Virus record (IMG/VR): IMGVR_UViG_3300013306_000014
From: an uncultured virus (IMG/VR IMGVR_UViG_3300013306_000014)
Lineage: Duplodnaviria; Heunggongvirae; Uroviricota; Caudoviricetes
Direction: 5' to 3' (one strand)
DNA length: 64,000 nt
Below are positions 37,868 through 48,408 of the stretch, piece after piece. The notes beneath the pieces are model-generated. The model was not told where the DNA came from. It ran no database searches and worked only from the letters and a program-made list of their open reading frames with translations. How positions within the stretch are numbered: the stretch's first letter is position 1; each line of letters opens with the position of its first letter. The translations under genes were made by a program, and so were the position numbers.

Positions 37868-39586
37868 TTAGACCGAGTGCGTAGGGAAACCAGCCACAGC
37901 CAGTTGCAGATCGCCAGAGACGTTACGTTTGAGGAACTTAACGTACAGAGTCTCGCCTTCCTGGAGATCGTTGATGAATGTGAGGTCGTTAGCCCACTGA
38001 CCGATCGGGAATTCGTAGACGCGAGTCTTCGTAGTCACGATGAAGTGAGTAGGAGCTGGAGCCGACACTTCAGTTTGCGGATCGTACAGAGCTTGCAGTG
38101 GTTCGAAGACCAGCTTCAGCCATGCAGCCTTATCGACAGCACCGCACTTCAAGTTCACGGTACTCAGGCCGCTGCTGCCAGCACGGATGATTGCTTCGAT
38201 ACCAGTGCCGTAGTAACCAGGCTGGTTGCTCGCAAACTTGACTTTCCAGTTGGTAGCCCGCAGACCACCATCACGCTGCAACGCAATCTGTACGGTCTGT
38301 ACATGACGGTTGCTGCCGTAACTGCTGTCGACCACGCTGAGGTTCACACCGAACTTCAGGGTTTGCACCGAAGTGTATTCCAGTCCGTCGAACGGCATGG
38401 AGTCTTCGTGCAATTCCACCGCAGCTTTCGGTACACGGCGAGCGACTTGACGGTTCAGGTCGTACAGCCAGTATTCCAACGTGTAGCCTTGCAGGTTCGA
38501 GATCCACGATGGGAATACGAACAGCTTAAGGCTGTAAGATGGATCGGCTGGCAGGCCACGGATCTGATAAGGAACAGTCACAGTACCGGCATACGTGACG
38601 CCTTGGCTGTAAGAGAATTCCTCACCTTCACTCGGAGCATAGCTCAGAGTAACGTCAGCGTAACGACCGGTGATGGTTGGGGACCAGTACTTCAGGCCCA
38701 GCAACTTCATCTTGCCGTTCGAGTCTTCATCCACAACGTCTTGGATAGAAGTCGAACCGTCGATGTACGTAACCTTCGCCCGCAGTGCCAGAGTGGCCAC
38801 AGTTGCAGAGATGGAGATGTTCAGGACGTTCGGCTCAGTCGTCGACAGATACGGACTGATGATCTCGATCGATTTGATTCGTTTGACCGAATCATCCGGA
38901 TGACGGATCACGTTGGTGTTGTGGATCAGCAGCTTAGCGATGCTCAGGATCGCGCCAGTGAAGCTGTAGAACACAGCGGTCACCAATGCACCATCTTCGA
39001 GCTCAACGGTGCTGTAGCCCGCTGTAGGAGCTTTGATATTGAGGTTAGTAACAACGTCAGTACCAACGGTCTTCAGAGGGATAGCGTCGTTGACGTATTC
39101 GTTCGATGCGTTGTAATACGCACTGATGACTTCGCCAGTCTGGGTGATGTCAATGCCTTTGAAGACACGGAACTCTTTCGCCAGATCGCTGTACATGTGG
39201 AGTCGACCATCAACATCCAGAGTGTACGGCAGCTTGCGGGTGTCCAGCATCGCCCGCCAAGTTTCGCTGGTGTAGCCAGTGCCAACGCCGAGCAGAACAT
39301 CGACCACGCCAACATCTCCGCCAGACTTGGGAAGTTCCCAGAGCTCTAGATCAGCGACGTAACTGGTGTAATCCACCCGACTAACACGAAACATGCCGAG
39401 GTCATAAATGATGACCAGGTCATCGACGTTTGGTACGTACTTGCCTTCGCCTTTAATAACATCGCTGCCATCGTCCACGAGTCTGTAGGAGTAGAGGTCA
39501 GCGAGTTTGAACACCGACGCCTTTTCGCGATCCTGGTCAGTGATCACCGTATAACCGTTCGGTAACGGGATGATATTCTCAGCCAT
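37868..39586 (-). CDS. virion structural protein (phiKZ gp26-like)
   Basis: 572 aa; GKYVPNVDDLV; synteny. Confidence 0.75.
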   Translation of the reverse strand: MAENIIPLPNGYTVITDQDREKASVFKLADLYSYRLVDDGSDVIKGEGKYVPNVDDLVIIYDLGMFRVSRVDYTSYVADLELWELPKSGGDVGVVDVLLGVGTGYTSETWRAMLDTRKLPYTLDVDGRLHMYSDLAKEFRVFKGIDITQTGEVISAYYNASNEYVNDAIPLKTVGTDVVTNLNIKAPTAGYSTVELEDGALVTAVFYSFTGAILSIAKLLIHNTNVIRHPDDSVKRIKSIEIISPYLSTTEPNVLNISISATVATLALRAKVTYIDGSTSIQDVVDEDSNGKMKLLGLKYWSPTITGRYADVTLSYAPSEGEEFSYSQGVTYAGTVTVPYQIRGLPADPSYSLKLFVFPSWISNLQGYTLEYWLYDLNRQVARRVPKAAVELHEDSMPFDGLEYTSVQTLKFGVNLSVVDSSYGSNRHVQTVQIALQRDGGLRATNWKVKFASNQPGYYGTGIEAIIRAGSSGLSTVNLKCGAVDKAAWLKLVFEPLQALYDPQTEVSAPAPTHFIVTTKTRVYEFPIGQWANDLTFINDLQEGETLYVKFLKRNVSGDLQLAVAGFPTHSV

Positions 39587-39630
39587 AATTTCGACTCAGT
39601 AGAGGGAGCGGTTGCCCGCCCCCTATGGGT

Positions 39631-42249
39631 TTATGCCGACACTTCGTCCCAAGAACGATGCGGGTGAGGGTGATCGTCCTGCTCATGCTCGTAGCCAGGC
39701 TCTACAATCACCAAGTGGTGGTTGAGAGGAACCTTACCGTCGAGGAAAGCTTCGACCGCCCGATCCAAGAACCGATACTGGTAGATGTTGAGCTCAATGA
39801 CATCGGCTTCAGGATGCGGATCGATCTTGACGTATTCATCATTCACGCCCCGTACAGCTGGGTCGTATTTGAGAATCCATTCGTAACCAACCAACTTCTC
39901 CCTCACCTGCTGCAAGGTATAAGTACCCATGAACTCATCCATCAACAGAATGCCGTTAAGCATGTCGTAGATAAGCTTCGCGCAGAAAGGACTGAAGACC
40001 GAATACCACGCAGGCATCCCAGACGGCAAAGGTTGCACCGGCTCTGGTCTGTACTGAGTGAGATACCCTTCCACTTTCTCATCGATGGCATCAGAAACAG
40101 CCTTCAACGTGTAGGTGTCGGTATCCGTCACGCCCATCATCGGAATCACCGGGTGAGTGATCAGGTACGGCGTGCCGTTCTTCACACCAGTGGCAAGTAC
40201 TGCCCCGTCTTCACTGAATGCAACTTCTTCACGGGTATACAGCTGACCTGCAATGGAGATACGGCAGACCTTATCGTCACGCACGTTAAACCGAGCGTTA
40301 TGACTGAGCTGCTCGTAAGCAACAAAGCCAGAATCACCGACCGGTTCCAAAGTCATGTCAGGGTTACAGAACCCACGACCACGAATGGTCACGTCCTGCA
40401 TCATACCCGGCTTCAGATACATCTTGTTGACGATGCAGACCTCAGGCCATTCGACGTAGTAGTCGATATCTGGCACCAGAGTGTACTTGTTCAGGATCAC
40501 ATCGAACTGACCAGGCGGAACACGCATCACGTCGGTAACCGGAACACGCCCGCTCAACACCTCATCGATATTCACGGTGAGAGTCAGCAGGTCATCCCGA
40601 TAGTTCAACTGGATGGTGTGGCACAGGAAGTCTCTGCTGTCACGGATTGCCGTGTGGTGCTTTGTCTGATCGATGTGCCAGCTAACCACCCGGTTAGAGA
40701 TGGTGTAGTACTCATCGTCACCCGTTACGTCTTTCCAGTTGTTCTTGGAAACGCCGTTCCAGATGTCACACACGTAGAACCGGTAGTCAACGCCGTAGTC
40801 CAGCTTAACCATGTCGGTATCGTAAACCGTCGACAGCTTGGTGCCGCCCCGACCAACATAGCTCTCGATGTACATCGTTCCAGCATTGTGGACCGGATAC
40901 TGAATCGAGTTATCGTGAACGTACCAACCGAGTAGCAAACCGGAGGCGTCGTATTCGAACACAGTCGAGAACTGAGTCACTGCGAATGGAAGATCCACCC
41001 ACGGCGAATTCACAGCAATCTTGTAAGGCACATCGCAGATCAGTTTAGAGATCGCGTTGTACCCGTAAGCCTTCTCGACCATCGGACGATCAATGCCACC
41101 AAACTCAGCACCCATGATCTTCGGATAGAAACTGTTCTCGAGTTCGGCTGCTTGCCAGATATCGAGAGACTGCTCACCGATCATTGCCTTCAGGCGGTTA
41201 GGCTCAGAAAGCTTGAACAGTTCCTTGATCCGATGCGCCTCGTTAACCAGAGGGCGATTCGTCCAGCCGCTGTTCCGTACGATCACTTCCAGACGCAGGT
41301 CATCGTTCCAGATCCACCCTTCGATGTTATCGATGAAGTGTTGGAGATAAGTCTGCGGAATCGAGTAATCCCGATGCGTCACCATCCGAACAGAGTCCGG
41401 TTGGTTCTGGTGGTAATACCGGCCAGTGTAGGCTTGCGCCAACTGATAGCGCAGCATGTAGATGTCGATGTCATCGCAGTAGTCGATGATGTCAGAAACA
41501 CCAGCACGCGGAACCAGATACTTGCCTTTGGTATCGAGGATACTCAGGAACGACTTGAGGTCCTTGATCTTCAGTTCAGTAACAACCTTAACCGAAGCGT
41601 CGTAGGTGTACTCAAGGATATCCCCGACCTTCGCGGTAGTCAGGTTGATGTCCTTAACGCGTACACCGTTGACAAACGCCCATGCGTAACCCGGCTTAGT
41701 TTTGGCATCGCGCCACTTCGCTTGGAACAGCGAATACTGAGCCTGAGTCGCCGGCGTAAGACCGGCGATCTCGATCCCGTCATTCTGAAACGTGATACCT
41801 TCGTCGAAGTAAGCGTTGCTTCTCCAACGGATATAAGGCTGCTCAATACCGAGATTTGCGATCTTCTTGGTATCCAAAATAGCGATGACCAACTGCCCGG
41901 TATGAGTGTACAGCCAATATGCTCTGTGGGCCGGGATGTGTAAACCGAGTTCGGTATACAGATCTACCAGTAATGAAGTGGCATTACACTGCCCCATTAC
42001 CGATACCCACTTATCGACGATTGTGTTCATTCCCACCAAGATAGGAGGGAGGTCGCCGATGTTGAAAACGTGATACCACTGGCCCAGCGAAGGAAGGTTG
42101 TAAGTCTTCATCCCGAGCTTGACGTTACCGATAGCACCTTGGCGTTTAGTTACCCGCGTCGGTGCTACGATGTGCTGGCGATCTTGCCGTGGACTGCACC
42201 AAGCATTCCGGTAGGCGTGATCAACCAGAAAGTCGGTTGAACTAACCAT
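39631..42249 (-). CDS. virion structural/baseplate protein (phiKZ gp27-like)
   Basis: 872 aa; N-terminal NAWCSPRQDRQ; synteny. Confidence 0.75.
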   Translation of the reverse strand: MVSSTDFLVDHAYRNAWCSPRQDRQHIVAPTRVTKRQGAIGNVKLGMKTYNLPSLGQWYHVFNIGDLPPILVGMNTIVDKWVSVMGQCNATSLLVDLYTELGLHIPAHRAYWLYTHTGQLVIAILDTKKIANLGIEQPYIRWRSNAYFDEGITFQNDGIEIAGLTPATQAQYSLFQAKWRDAKTKPGYAWAFVNGVRVKDINLTTAKVGDILEYTYDASVKVVTELKIKDLKSFLSILDTKGKYLVPRAGVSDIIDYCDDIDIYMLRYQLAQAYTGRYYHQNQPDSVRMVTHRDYSIPQTYLQHFIDNIEGWIWNDDLRLEVIVRNSGWTNRPLVNEAHRIKELFKLSEPNRLKAMIGEQSLDIWQAAELENSFYPKIMGAEFGGIDRPMVEKAYGYNAISKLICDVPYKIAVNSPWVDLPFAVTQFSTVFEYDASGLLLGWYVHDNSIQYPVHNAGTMYIESYVGRGGTKLSTVYDTDMVKLDYGVDYRFYVCDIWNGVSKNNWKDVTGDDEYYTISNRVVSWHIDQTKHHTAIRDSRDFLCHTIQLNYRDDLLTLTVNIDEVLSGRVPVTDVMRVPPGQFDVILNKYTLVPDIDYYVEWPEVCIVNKMYLKPGMMQDVTIRGRGFCNPDMTLEPVGDSGFVAYEQLSHNARFNVRDDKVCRISIAGQLYTREEVAFSEDGAVLATGVKNGTPYLITHPVIPMMGVTDTDTYTLKAVSDAIDEKVEGYLTQYRPEPVQPLPSGMPAWYSVFSPFCAKLIYDMLNGILLMDEFMGTYTLQQVREKLVGYEWILKYDPAVRGVNDEYVKIDPHPEADVIELNIYQYRFLDRAVEAFLDGKVPLNHHLVIVEPGYEHEQDDHPHPHRSWDEVSA

Positions 42250-42253
42250 GTGC

Positions 42254-43153
42254 TTACCTCTGACCGATGAGGTGGTTCATGTTCTTGACGTATTCTTTAT
42301 CGGAACCCTGACGGATAACCGCTTCGATAACACGGCCAAGGCCAGTGCGGGTGTAGCTGCGTTCTTTGCAGGTGGAGTACAGCATCGCCAAGAACATTGG
42401 CGGGTATTCTACCGCGATGGCAACGGCTTCACGATGGAGCGGACCGAAGCTTGCTCCTAATGCAGTGTAGACGTAGGCCACTGTCAGGTCATGAGTTCGT
42501 GGAGAATCCAACACTCTTACGATCCATGTAATCAGATCTTTAAACACATTGAGTGAGGGAATCTCACCCAGTGCGCCACGAAGAGTTGTAGGGTCCATCG
42601 CTGGTAGCAGACGGGATGCACGAACCATCAAACGATCAACGTCGTTCTCGCTTGCATCAGCCGGTAGTGGGCCAAAGAGCTGGACGTAGTAAATCGCGAT
42701 CATCGCTCGAACCAAAGTACTTTGACCAAGGTCGAGACCAATCCGTTGACTGATTGCCCCGTTGAGCCAGGAGATGAAAACCTTGGCTGGGAAATCACCG
42801 ACGTTCAACATGTCACGCTTAAAGGAAGCTTCTTGGGTGTACCACATCACAACCAAGTCAGCGACCAAGATGGCGTGCTTAGCAGCATCATCTTTAATGA
42901 AGCGACCGTCTGCGCGCATCAACGAGCGGCCATCGATGACAGCCGGTGCTTGCAGGGTAGGAATCTGGATACGAGTGATGACTTGTTGGAACGGCATGAT
43001 GTCAACTACGCCAGGCGGAATAAGCTTTACGCCCTGTGTGCTGAACTCAGTTCCGACCAGTTCTTCATTGATTTCCAAGGCCCGAATAGCGGCAGCGGTT
43101 TTGTCCAAAGAGAACCGCGAACATGGAGTGGTCTGGTATGGGGTCTCGAACAT
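42254..43153 (-). CDS. virion-module protein (phiKZ gp28-like)
   Basis: 299 aa; MFETPYQTT start, AVEYPP; divergent from the sheath gene. Confidence 0.7.
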   Translation of the reverse strand: MFETPYQTTPCSRFSLDKTAAAIRALEINEELVGTEFSTQGVKLIPPGVVDIMPFQQVITRIQIPTLQAPAVIDGRSLMRADGRFIKDDAAKHAILVADLVVMWYTQEASFKRDMLNVGDFPAKVFISWLNGAISQRIGLDLGQSTLVRAMIAIYYVQLFGPLPADASENDVDRLMVRASRLLPAMDPTTLRGALGEIPSLNVFKDLITWIVRVLDSPRTHDLTVAYVYTALGASFGPLHREAVAIAVEYPPMFLAMLYSTCKERSYTRTGLGRVIEAVIRQGSDKEYVKNMNHLIGQR

Positions 43154-43306
43154 TGTTCGCGTCTCCTACTTATGTGAGTTAAAAGTTACATTCGTTTGCA
43201 TAAAGCGGGAATAAAAATAGTATGCTTACTTCGGCGTTTCGGCTGAAGTTCGCTGACCATACCATTCCTCGAAGTTCTGCGCAGAACTAGCTCCTGGGAG
43301 TACAAC

Positions 43307-45373
43307 ATGTCTGTAAGTCGTTTGAGTTCCGTGCCACGGACTGAGTTCCGGGGCGTTAAGGACGAGACGGTAACGAACTTGACCCTTCCGGTCGAGAACC
43401 TTCCGATTCGTCTTCCTTTGTTCCAATCGTTCGCACCTTGGGGTGAGTACGGTAACGGTCGCTACGTAAACGACTCGGGCTTGAGCCTGCTGTTCGGTTC
43501 TGGTGTGACGGACCCGCTGTCTCCGTTCTTCACCCACCAATCGCAGTTCATCCGCAGTCACTTCGAAGCTGCCGGTAAAGCGATCTTCGTTCGTCTGCCT
43601 GCGCCTGGTGCTGCACAAGCATCCTTCCGTCTGGCTCTCGATATCGTCGAAGACCTGATTCCGCTCTACGAGCGTAACAGCGACGGTAGCCTGAAGCTCG
43701 ATGCTCAAGGTGCCAAGATTCCGACTGGCGAAACTGCAACCGGTCACCGCGCTCAGTGGCGCTGGAAGCCTGTTAGCAAAACCCAAGCCGGCGAATCGAC
43801 CTTCGGCGCTGCTGCTGAAGCAGAAGGCCTGTTGGTTTCCACCGTCGATGGTGCGGTCTCGAAAGAGATCCCAATCTGGGACGGCCTGGCTCGCTTCGAA
43901 GGCGAGAAGGGTAACAACATCGGTCTGCGTCTGATCGCTCCGACTACCAAGTCGCAGCAACCTGCCGACGAAGATCTGGCCGACACTCTGGGCGCTCGTC
44001 TGTTCCGCGTTCAGTTCGTGAACCGCGCCAACAAGTCTTCGACCGCTACCTTGCAGCGCACGCTGCGTAGCCAGCCTTACCTGGACTTCTCGTTCAAGAA
44101 AGGCACCATCGACTTGGCGACCTCCACCGAGTACTACGGTGGCAAGGTTATCAAGAAGAACTACGAAGCAAGCAATCCACAAGCCTTCACCGGCTGGGGC
44201 CCTTGCGAGAAGTTCGCGTTCTACGATGCGAACATCCAGGCGCTGTTGACCACTCTGGCTACGGCCGAGTCGGACTACACCACCGAAGAGTTCAAAGATG
44301 TCAACCTGTTCAACTTCCTGACAGGCACCGACATCAACGGCAACCCTTACCATACCTTCGTCATCGAAGGTCCTGCTGACGGCGGCATCCTCTTGGGCGA
44401 ACTGTCCAACCTGTGGATGACTGGCGGCGCAGCCGGTAACCTGGGCAACGACAGCTTCAACGCCGTGATGGATTCGATCCTGACCGACCTCAGCAGCAAT
44501 GGCGTCCCATACAAAGACATCGCACGCATGCCGTACGACTCCGTCTGGGATTCGGGTTTCCCGGTTGCCACCAAGCTGAAGTTCTCGGCATTCCACACCG
44601 CGCGTCCAGACGTCTACGTTCACACCTGCACCCAGGACGTGATGAAGCCGCTGAACACTCCGGCGCAAGACTCCTCGATTGCTATCACCCTGCGGTCGCA
44701 CTTCCGTGCGCAGCAAGAATCGTCCGAGTTCGGCACCAAGGCGCTGCGCTTCTGCGTGTTCGGTCAGGCAGGTTTCCTGATCGACGATCTGTACGACGGC
44801 ATCGTTCCATTCCTGGAATACATCTTGATCCTCGGCACCGAGTACATGGGCGCTGAAGGCGGTGAGATGAAGAACGAGAAATCGTTCGGCCGTGGTGAGC
44901 AGAACACCATCACTCGTTATCGCGACCACAACGTCGTGACCCAAGAGCCTGAAGTGCGTCAGCTCGACTGGGACAACGGGATGAACTACGCCGAGTACTT
45001 CGATATGGGCCGCCTCTTCTGGGCAGGTCTCCAGTCGATCTACGAAGAGCAAACCTCGATTCTGCATGCGTACATCAACGTGTGCATCGCGTGCAACCTG
45101 ACGCGGATCGGGCACATCACCTGGCGTGAAATGTCCGGTGATTCGCAGCTCACCGATGAGCAGTTCCTGGACATGGTAAACGACAAGGTTACCGCTCGTA
45201 CTGCTGGTAAGTACGACGGCCGCGTCGACGTGACTCCGGACGCTTATTTCGATGCGTTCGATACTCAGAGCAACTTCTCGTGGCACCTGAATATCGAGAT
45301 GGCTGGTGACAACGCTCGCACCGTTGAGAACCTGGCGATCATCGCGCAAAACCGTCGTTCTTCGGAGACTTAA
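43307..45373 (+). CDS. contractile tail sheath protein (phiKZ gp29-like)
   Basis: 688 aa; WDSGFP..TK and LQSIY segments; strong codon bias. Confidence 0.88.
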   Translation: MSVSRLSSVPRTEFRGVKDETVTNLTLPVENLPIRLPLFQSFAPWGEYGNGRYVNDSGLSLLFGSGVTDPLSPFFTHQSQFIRSHFEAAGKAIFVRLPAPGAAQASFRLALDIVEDLIPLYERNSDGSLKLDAQGAKIPTGETATGHRAQWRWKPVSKTQAGESTFGAAAEAEGLLVSTVDGAVSKEIPIWDGLARFEGEKGNNIGLRLIAPTTKSQQPADEDLADTLGARLFRVQFVNRANKSSTATLQRTLRSQPYLDFSFKKGTIDLATSTEYYGGKVIKKNYEASNPQAFTGWGPCEKFAFYDANIQALLTTLATAESDYTTEEFKDVNLFNFLTGTDINGNPYHTFVIEGPADGGILLGELSNLWMTGGAAGNLGNDSFNAVMDSILTDLSSNGVPYKDIARMPYDSVWDSGFPVATKLKFSAFHTARPDVYVHTCTQDVMKPLNTPAQDSSIAITLRSHFRAQQESSEFGTKALRFCVFGQAGFLIDDLYDGIVPFLEYILILGTEYMGAEGGEMKNEKSFGRGEQNTITRYRDHNVVTQEPEVRQLDWDNGMNYAEYFDMGRLFWAGLQSIYEEQTSILHAYINVCIACNLTRIGHITWREMSGDSQLTDEQFLDMVNDKVTARTAGKYDGRVDVTPDAYFDAFDTQSNFSWHLNIEMAGDNARTVENLAIIAQNRRSSET

Positions 45374-45376
45374 TAA

Positions 45377-46237
45377 ATGGGACGGTATGCAGATACTCTG
45401 ACCAATAAGGCGTACGCCGAACGCGCTCAGATGACAGTACTGAACATGGCGGTACAGGGCCAACAAGGCTACCTGACCGACATGCAGTACTACCCATCGG
45501 CTACGGACTACATCCGTAAACCGTTGATCATCAAAGTGCTGCAAGCGCCCGCCGGTCTGATGATGCTTCCTAATGGGCAGCTGTACGTAGCTGCCTACAA
45601 GAACTTCATCGAAAACTGGATGCAGTCCTGGAACGGCTTCAACCGTACCCTGACTGTTAACACCCAGGAAACTCAGCTGGGTAACGCCGGTGAGGTCTTC
45701 CAGACCCCATCCCGTGTATCGCGTGCGCGGTCGCAGATCACCTCCACCGTGGTGGACAAGGATCGTCGTCCAATCATGCGCTTCATGGAAGACATGGTGC
45801 GTTACCTGTTCATGGACCCGGATACCGGCCATCCACTCCTCACTGGTGTAAGTGATCGATTCACTGACCAGCTGGCGGACGTGTACGGCGGCACCATCAT
45901 CGCCTTTGAGCCCGACAAGACTTTCCGTTACGTCGAGAACTCCTGGCTGATCACCAACTTCTGGCTCCATCAGGAAATTGGTGAGAACATCGGTAACCGT
46001 CAGCTTCAGCAGGATGGTGAGCTTGCCACCTACAACCTGTCCTGGACTGGCTGGCAGAAGGTTGGTTACGCAGTTGACAAATTGGCTCAGGGCTTCATGG
46101 ATGCCGTCCGCGTAAGCGGTATGGACCCACAGTACCAGGCCAACTTCGTCACCGGCGTTGATTCCAACGTATCGGCCGTTGCAACGGGTTTCACCGAGCA
46201 GATCAATGCGATCAAAGGCTCGTTGGTAACTCCGTAA
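45377..46237 (+). CDS. tail tube protein (phiKZ gp30-like)
   Basis: 286 aa directly after the sheath; FMDPDT, AFEPD. Confidence 0.82.
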   Translation: MGRYADTLTNKAYAERAQMTVLNMAVQGQQGYLTDMQYYPSATDYIRKPLIIKVLQAPAGLMMLPNGQLYVAAYKNFIENWMQSWNGFNRTLTVNTQETQLGNAGEVFQTPSRVSRARSQITSTVVDKDRRPIMRFMEDMVRYLFMDPDTGHPLLTGVSDRFTDQLADVYGGTIIAFEPDKTFRYVENSWLITNFWLHQEIGENIGNRQLQQDGELATYNLSWTGWQKVGYAVDKLAQGFMDAVRVSGMDPQYQANFVTGVDSNVSAVATGFTEQINAIKGSLVTP

Positions 46238-46248
46238 CACCGTTACTC

Positions 46249-46287
46249 CTGGACTCTTCCGAAAGGTTGAGTCCAGGCTTTATACCG
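46249..46287 (+). terminator. terminator after the tube gene
   Basis: CCTGGACTC/GAGTCCAGG stem followed by CTTTATACC. Confidence 0.7.
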
Positions 46288-46311
46288 TGAAGTACTAAAA
46301 GAGATAGCACT

Positions 46312-46629
46312 ATGCCAGCACAACACAAACTACTTGAGTCACTCAAGGAGCTGGAAAGCGATTTGAGGCTGCAAGGTGTGGGGACCTGTGGCATCGTATA
46401 CCTGGACAAAGAAAACGTCAGGGATGAGGTTCGTAGGGTCGGGGAAGCCCTACGGGAACTGGGTGGCGTAGTCCACTACAGTCAGAATTGTGTAGATAGC
46501 CGCTTTCTGGAAGGAAGTGACTATCGTTTGGAGTCCATCAGCATGACTGGGGAGATCATGATTGGGACAATGGTTGGTAAGCTTGTGTTGCCGAAGAGCA
46601 CCAAGTACCGAATAACCTCCAAACGGTGA
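46312..46629 (+). CDS. hypothetical protein
   Basis: 105 aa between two terminators. Confidence 0.6.
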   Translation: MPAQHKLLESLKELESDLRLQGVGTCGIVYLDKENVRDEVRRVGEALRELGGVVHYSQNCVDSRFLEGSDYRLESISMTGEIMIGTMVGKLVLPKSTKYRITSKR

Positions 46630-46681
46630 CAAAAAAAAAGAAGTGGCATAGACCGGGGCATTACGCCCCGGTCTTTATGCT
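46629..46681. terminator. bidirectional terminator
   Basis: AGACCGGGGC/GCCCCGGTCT stem; TTTATGC on +, CTATGCC and TTCTTTTTTTTTGT on -. Confidence 0.85.
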
Positions 46682-46682
46682 G

Positions 46683-47546
46683 TTAATTGGAAGGTTCTTC
46701 TTCATCAGCTGGTTCATCGCCATCGGTGTTCTCTTTCACGGCAGCGTCTACCAGAGTAAAGAAGTGTTCACCTTTGCCAGTCAGCCAACCTGGAGCAGAA
46801 CCGCCGTGTTCCAGCAGATCCATATTCTCGAGACTGTGCCAGAGGAAGTACATAGACCCATCTGAGTGTTTAGCCTCAGCGGCTTTGCGCGCCTTCCAGC
46901 TTTCAGTCTCAGCGAACTTGACACCAGTCTTACCACCCCATTCCTGTCTAGGCATGGCGAGGTGGGCAATACCGTCGTGAATGAACTGGATCACATCCCA
47001 CGGCATCCCGCAGAGACATTGACCAACGATACTACCGAGGAAGATATCCCCGACATCATCCCAGTTACAGCCATCTGCTGAGAGCAGTCCGCCATCCCAT
47101 GTTTCTTTATCGCTTCTGTAGTAGCAACCGAATACGCCCAATGCAATAGCGATCTGGCCACGGTCGATGAAGCTGTGGAGTGTGCGGTAGTTGGCGGTCT
47201 CCAAGATGGATTCCGCCCCACGATTAAAGTTAATGGCGCTGAGGTCGTGAACGCCGAGAACGGCGACCGGAGTCATCGGGTTTTCTTCAACCGTAAACTT
47301 AACCGCAGTGACCATGTACTGACCTTCGTGACCTTGCTTGAAGATCTCGGTACGGCAGGCCAATGCACCTTCGTAGTACTTAGCAACCTTTTCCAACTGA
47401 TCGCCGCTGTGAACGATAAACAGGTTGGTTCCATTAGGCGCTGGCCATTCTGGAGTTTCTGTAGTAATCGGGTAAGTAGCAGCGATGTCGAGTTCTTTCA
47501 TGGACTCGAGTGTGGATTCCAAGCTTTGTACGGTTTCGTCACACAT
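46683..47546 (-). CDS. hypothetical protein
   Basis: 287 aa, SD TAAGGA; GCYY, CLCG, LEHGGS segments. Confidence 0.8.
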   Translation of the reverse strand: MCDETVQSLESTLESMKELDIAATYPITTETPEWPAPNGTNLFIVHSGDQLEKVAKYYEGALACRTEIFKQGHEGQYMVTAVKFTVEENPMTPVAVLGVHDLSAINFNRGAESILETANYRTLHSFIDRGQIAIALGVFGCYYRSDKETWDGGLLSADGCNWDDVGDIFLGSIVGQCLCGMPWDVIQFIHDGIAHLAMPRQEWGGKTGVKFAETESWKARKAAEAKHSDGSMYFLWHSLENMDLLEHGGSAPGWLTGKGEHFFTLVDAAVKENTDGDEPADEEEPSN

Positions 47547-47556
47547 TTAAATTTCC

Positions 47557-47880
47557 TTATTCGAAACCAATGTTCTTGATGAGGGTTTGTCCAGCCGGGA
47601 TGTTACCCGTCTTACTGACCACGGTAATCCCTACGGTGGCAAGGATGTGGTCATCACCAGCATTAAGGCCACGAGTACGCAGAGGACCGCGAATCATGCT
47701 TACGTAGGCAGCGACAGTCATATTGCCGGTCAGGATCGGCAATGCATAACGACCGCGATGTGGAACTTTAAGTAGAGGGGTTTCAGCAGCAGCCTGAAAC
47801 ACAACACGGATCTTACTCTCACGGAAGAGAGCATCAGCCAGAGTGCCAAGGTTCTTGAAATCAGAAGTGCGAAGGATCAT
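47557..47880 (-). CDS. hypothetical protein
   Basis: 107 aa, SD TAAGGA. Confidence 0.7.
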   Translation of the reverse strand: MILRTSDFKNLGTLADALFRESKIRVVFQAAAETPLLKVPHRGRYALPILTGNMTVAAYVSMIRGPLRTRGLNAGDDHILATVGITVVSKTGNIPAGQTLIKNIGFE

Positions 47881-47883
47881 GCT

Positions 47884-48285
47884 TTAGTCCTTATTGGTTG
47901 CGAGGAATATAGTTACAAGACCTACCACGAAGATAACAGCCATCGTTAAAGGTAGCACCCAGTCAGCTACAGGCTTGTCTGGGTTGTGTTCGTACATGCA
48001 GTTATCGTAAGCCGCTCTTTCGCCTGTCGTGGCTGAGATCGCGTCATACTTCGATAGAAAGCTGATACAACCATCCTTGTCAGGTTCTCCACTACTGGAA
48101 CGTGAAACCCAGTAAGCGTTAGATAACGCAGGATTGATGATCGGGGGAGTGTACTGTGGTTCAGTCGCATTAAGCGACCTAGCGCTTGAAGAGGTTCTTG
48201 TTACAGGTGTAGCTACTCTTGCAGGCGGTGGCGCTACCCGCACCGGGATGGATACACGAACTGGTACGGATACGACAGTAACCAT
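47884..48285 (-). CDS. membrane protein with C-terminal TM helix
   Basis: WVLPLTMAVIFVVGLVTIFLA. Confidence 0.75.
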   Translation of the reverse strand: MVTVVSVPVRVSIPVRVAPPPARVATPVTRTSSSARSLNATEPQYTPPIINPALSNAYWVSRSSSGEPDKDGCISFLSKYDAISATTGERAAYDNCMYEHNPDKPVADWVLPLTMAVIFVVGLVTIFLATNKD

Positions 48286-48301
48286 GGCACTTCCTTAGTA
48301 A

Positions 48302-48345
48302 GAAAAAATAAAGGGGCATAAAGCCGGAGGCGAACCCCCGGCTTT
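48302..48345 (-). terminator. hairpin plus TTTATGCC plus T-tract
   Basis: AAAGCCGG/CCGGCTTT stem. Confidence 0.75.
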
Positions 48346-48408
48346 ACGATCGGCTACCACTGGAGAAGTGTTGGCCCCTTCTCCAGTCACGGCGCCCAGG
48401 CAGTGCAA

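Noticed and set aside
43226..46240. 1004-aa minus-strand ORF antisense to sheath and tube
   Set aside because: It is codon-aligned with two in-frame, highly biased genes, so it is a shadow ORF; no motifs seen
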